A stretch of 64,000 bases of DNA from Mobula hypostoma (Eukaryota): assembly GCF_963921235.1 (NCBI RefSeq), contig NC_086107.1, forward strand, positions 95,792,001 through 95,856,000, in the 5' to 3' direction. Under the pieces are notes generated by a model. It worked only from the letters and a program-made list of their open reading frames with translations, was not told the origin of the DNA and searched no databases. Below, one piece after another: positions 61,897-64,000 of the stretch. Position numbers and translations under genes: made by a program. The first letter of the stretch is position 1. Every line of letters starts with the position of its first letter.

Positions 61897-64000
61897 GTGA
61901 GTACCTGGACCAGTAGAGAGGGAAGTGTTAGACCCTGCAACGATGCCAGATTGAAGCCGCGGGAGGCAGCTCATAGCACAGAGTGTGCTGATGACCGCTT
62001 GCTGTCTGACTGCTGGTTCAAAGACACAACTGTTGGCATCAGGGCACCTTGCATTAAAATAGTACGCAGTAAAGTTGCAATAATGTTAAATATAAAGGCC
62101 ACAGAATCCAAACCCAAGTGTCTTCCAAATTCTTTGTAATACCTTCTTATTTCTTCATGATCCACACACTCTGCCAATCCAGTCTCTCATCGTAACTGAA
62201 ATATTCCATCCCAGGCAATATCTCCTGGATCACAAAAGATAGTATAGCAAGAAACGGACCCTTTGGCCCGTGATGTTGTGCTGAACTAATTAAATTAGTA
62301 ATTAAATGTGTAATTGAACTAATTATTTCTGCCTACACAATGTCAATTTGCCTCCATTCCCTTCATGTGCCTAACTAAGAGTCTCTTAAATGTCCGTATC
62401 ATCCCTGCCTCCACCACCACCAGTGTATTCCAGGCACCCAATCAATCACCAGTGTATTCCAGGCACCCACTGCTCGATGTAAAGAAACTTGCTCCACACA
62501 TCTCCTTTGATGTTACTTCTCTTGTCTCTCAGGGTCTCTTTCTGTGGTGTGCAACTCGCCACTGGCTCCCATTCACAGAATTAAATGTTCTGCCGTCACC
62601 CCCTAGCTCCCATCACCAAGACCATTTTGGGTCCATTTTACCATTTTACCTTTGATCCTGAGGGGCCCAGTGCCCTATGTGGCACCCTGTCAAAGGCTGT
62701 TCAGAAGTCCACAGAAACCACTGCACTTGCCCGTGTTAATAACCCTGTGATTTTTTTTGAAACATTCATTGAGCTTAGTCAAACAAGAGCTCCAGTTAAT
62801 GAAGGGGAGGGTGCAAGATGTGAAATTAATACTTCACACCAGTATTCAGCAAGTAGAAAGGCATGGACGTAGAGAAATAAGGGAACTGTATGCTGATTTT
62901 CCCAGAGTATAATGATATAAAATGGAGGAAGTATTAGGTCTTTTAACAGTAAGAAGGCATGCTCTCAGACAGGGTCAAACGAAGATGTTACTGTCTTTTT
63001 AAGCATATTTTTTACAATTGCAAGACCCTGCTGGACATTAAGAACATAAAGTCCTGTAGGTCTACCCCATCAGCGAGTTGCTCGTTGGCGGAGAAACTGA
63101 AGGAACTGGACCTTGTGCTGCGTGCTACAAGAGGGATGTCAGGGTCAGTGCGTGAAGGTAGTGTGCGATAACAGCAAATGTTGTCTGAGTCGCTTTTCTT
63201 GTGATCGCAAGACCCTGTCGGACATTGGTGATGTGAAATGCTGTAAGTCCGGTTCACTGGTTCATTGGCAGATCCAGTGGCAGGAGAGCTGTGTGGCCTC
63301 AGTTAGAGCAAGGACTAGGCTTCAAGCCGCTGTGTTGCCTGTTTGCGGCTGTTTAGGACAGAGGTGTGGGGAGGTGGTATGGCAGGGTGTCCATGCTGGT
63401 GTCGGAGCTCCCTCTAGTGTTTGCTCGGTGGACGACTAGGCCTCAAGCCACAGCATTGCCTGTTTGCAGCCATCCAGGAGAGAGTATCGGAGTCGATGCT
63501 GGACGCACCTACTGGCTTTGGTGCTGCCCTCCAGTGTTTGCTCAATGGAAGACTACTGCAACATGGACTCAGGGACTTGGACTATATTTTTTGTGTGACT
63601 GTATTTTACTGCTGTCTTATATATGCTATATGTACCTTGTGCTGTGTATGACTTTTGGTACTTTGTTTTGTACCTTGGGTCCACAGTAACTCAGTTTTGT
63701 TTGGCTGTATTCATATATGTTTGAATGACAATTAACTTTGAACTTAAAACTGGATAAGTCCTGATAGGATTGATCCCAGGTTATTGAGAGACAAGAGATG
63801 ATATATCAGGGGTCTGGAGAATTACAAGTGTTGCTCGTTTATTTAAGAAGGGAAGTAGGGGCACACCAGGTAATAAGCCAGTAATCCTTAAGTCAGAGGT
63901 AGGAAAATTACTGGTGACAATTCTTAGCGATAGGCTTTGCTCACATTTGGAAAAGCATTTGGAGCAGTGCCCAATCAGAGATCGGAAGCCTAAAAAGATG

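Overview
Repeat-rich vertebrate genomic DNA. The repeat content (CR1 LINEs, Penelope-like elements, Rex1/Babar and L1 fragments, tRNA-derived SINEs) suggests a cartilaginous fish, probably a ray; this is an inference. Two protein-coding genes lie on the + strand. (1) A complete three-exon PTH2/TIP39 gene (TATA 2553-2560, non-coding exon 1, CDS 5043-5155 + 7815-8250, AATAAA 8306). It encodes a 182-aa precursor with a divergent 36-aa mature peptide. (2) Coding exons 1-8 of muscle-type glycogen synthase GYS1 (25284-61896, continuing past the window), with a remodelled N-terminal phospho-regulatory segment. Between the two genes, a CpG-rich TATA/CCAAT/CRE promoter near 24.7 kb faces away from GYS1 and may drive a spliced minus-strand non-coding transcript. 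A young Penelope family carries four identical intact minimal type-I hammerhead ribozyme motifs, and Penelope 3' ends recur as fold-back (inverted) insertions. Almost all other ORFs in the supplied track are transposon remnants or spurious. Repeat boundaries without target-site duplications (TSDs) are approximate.
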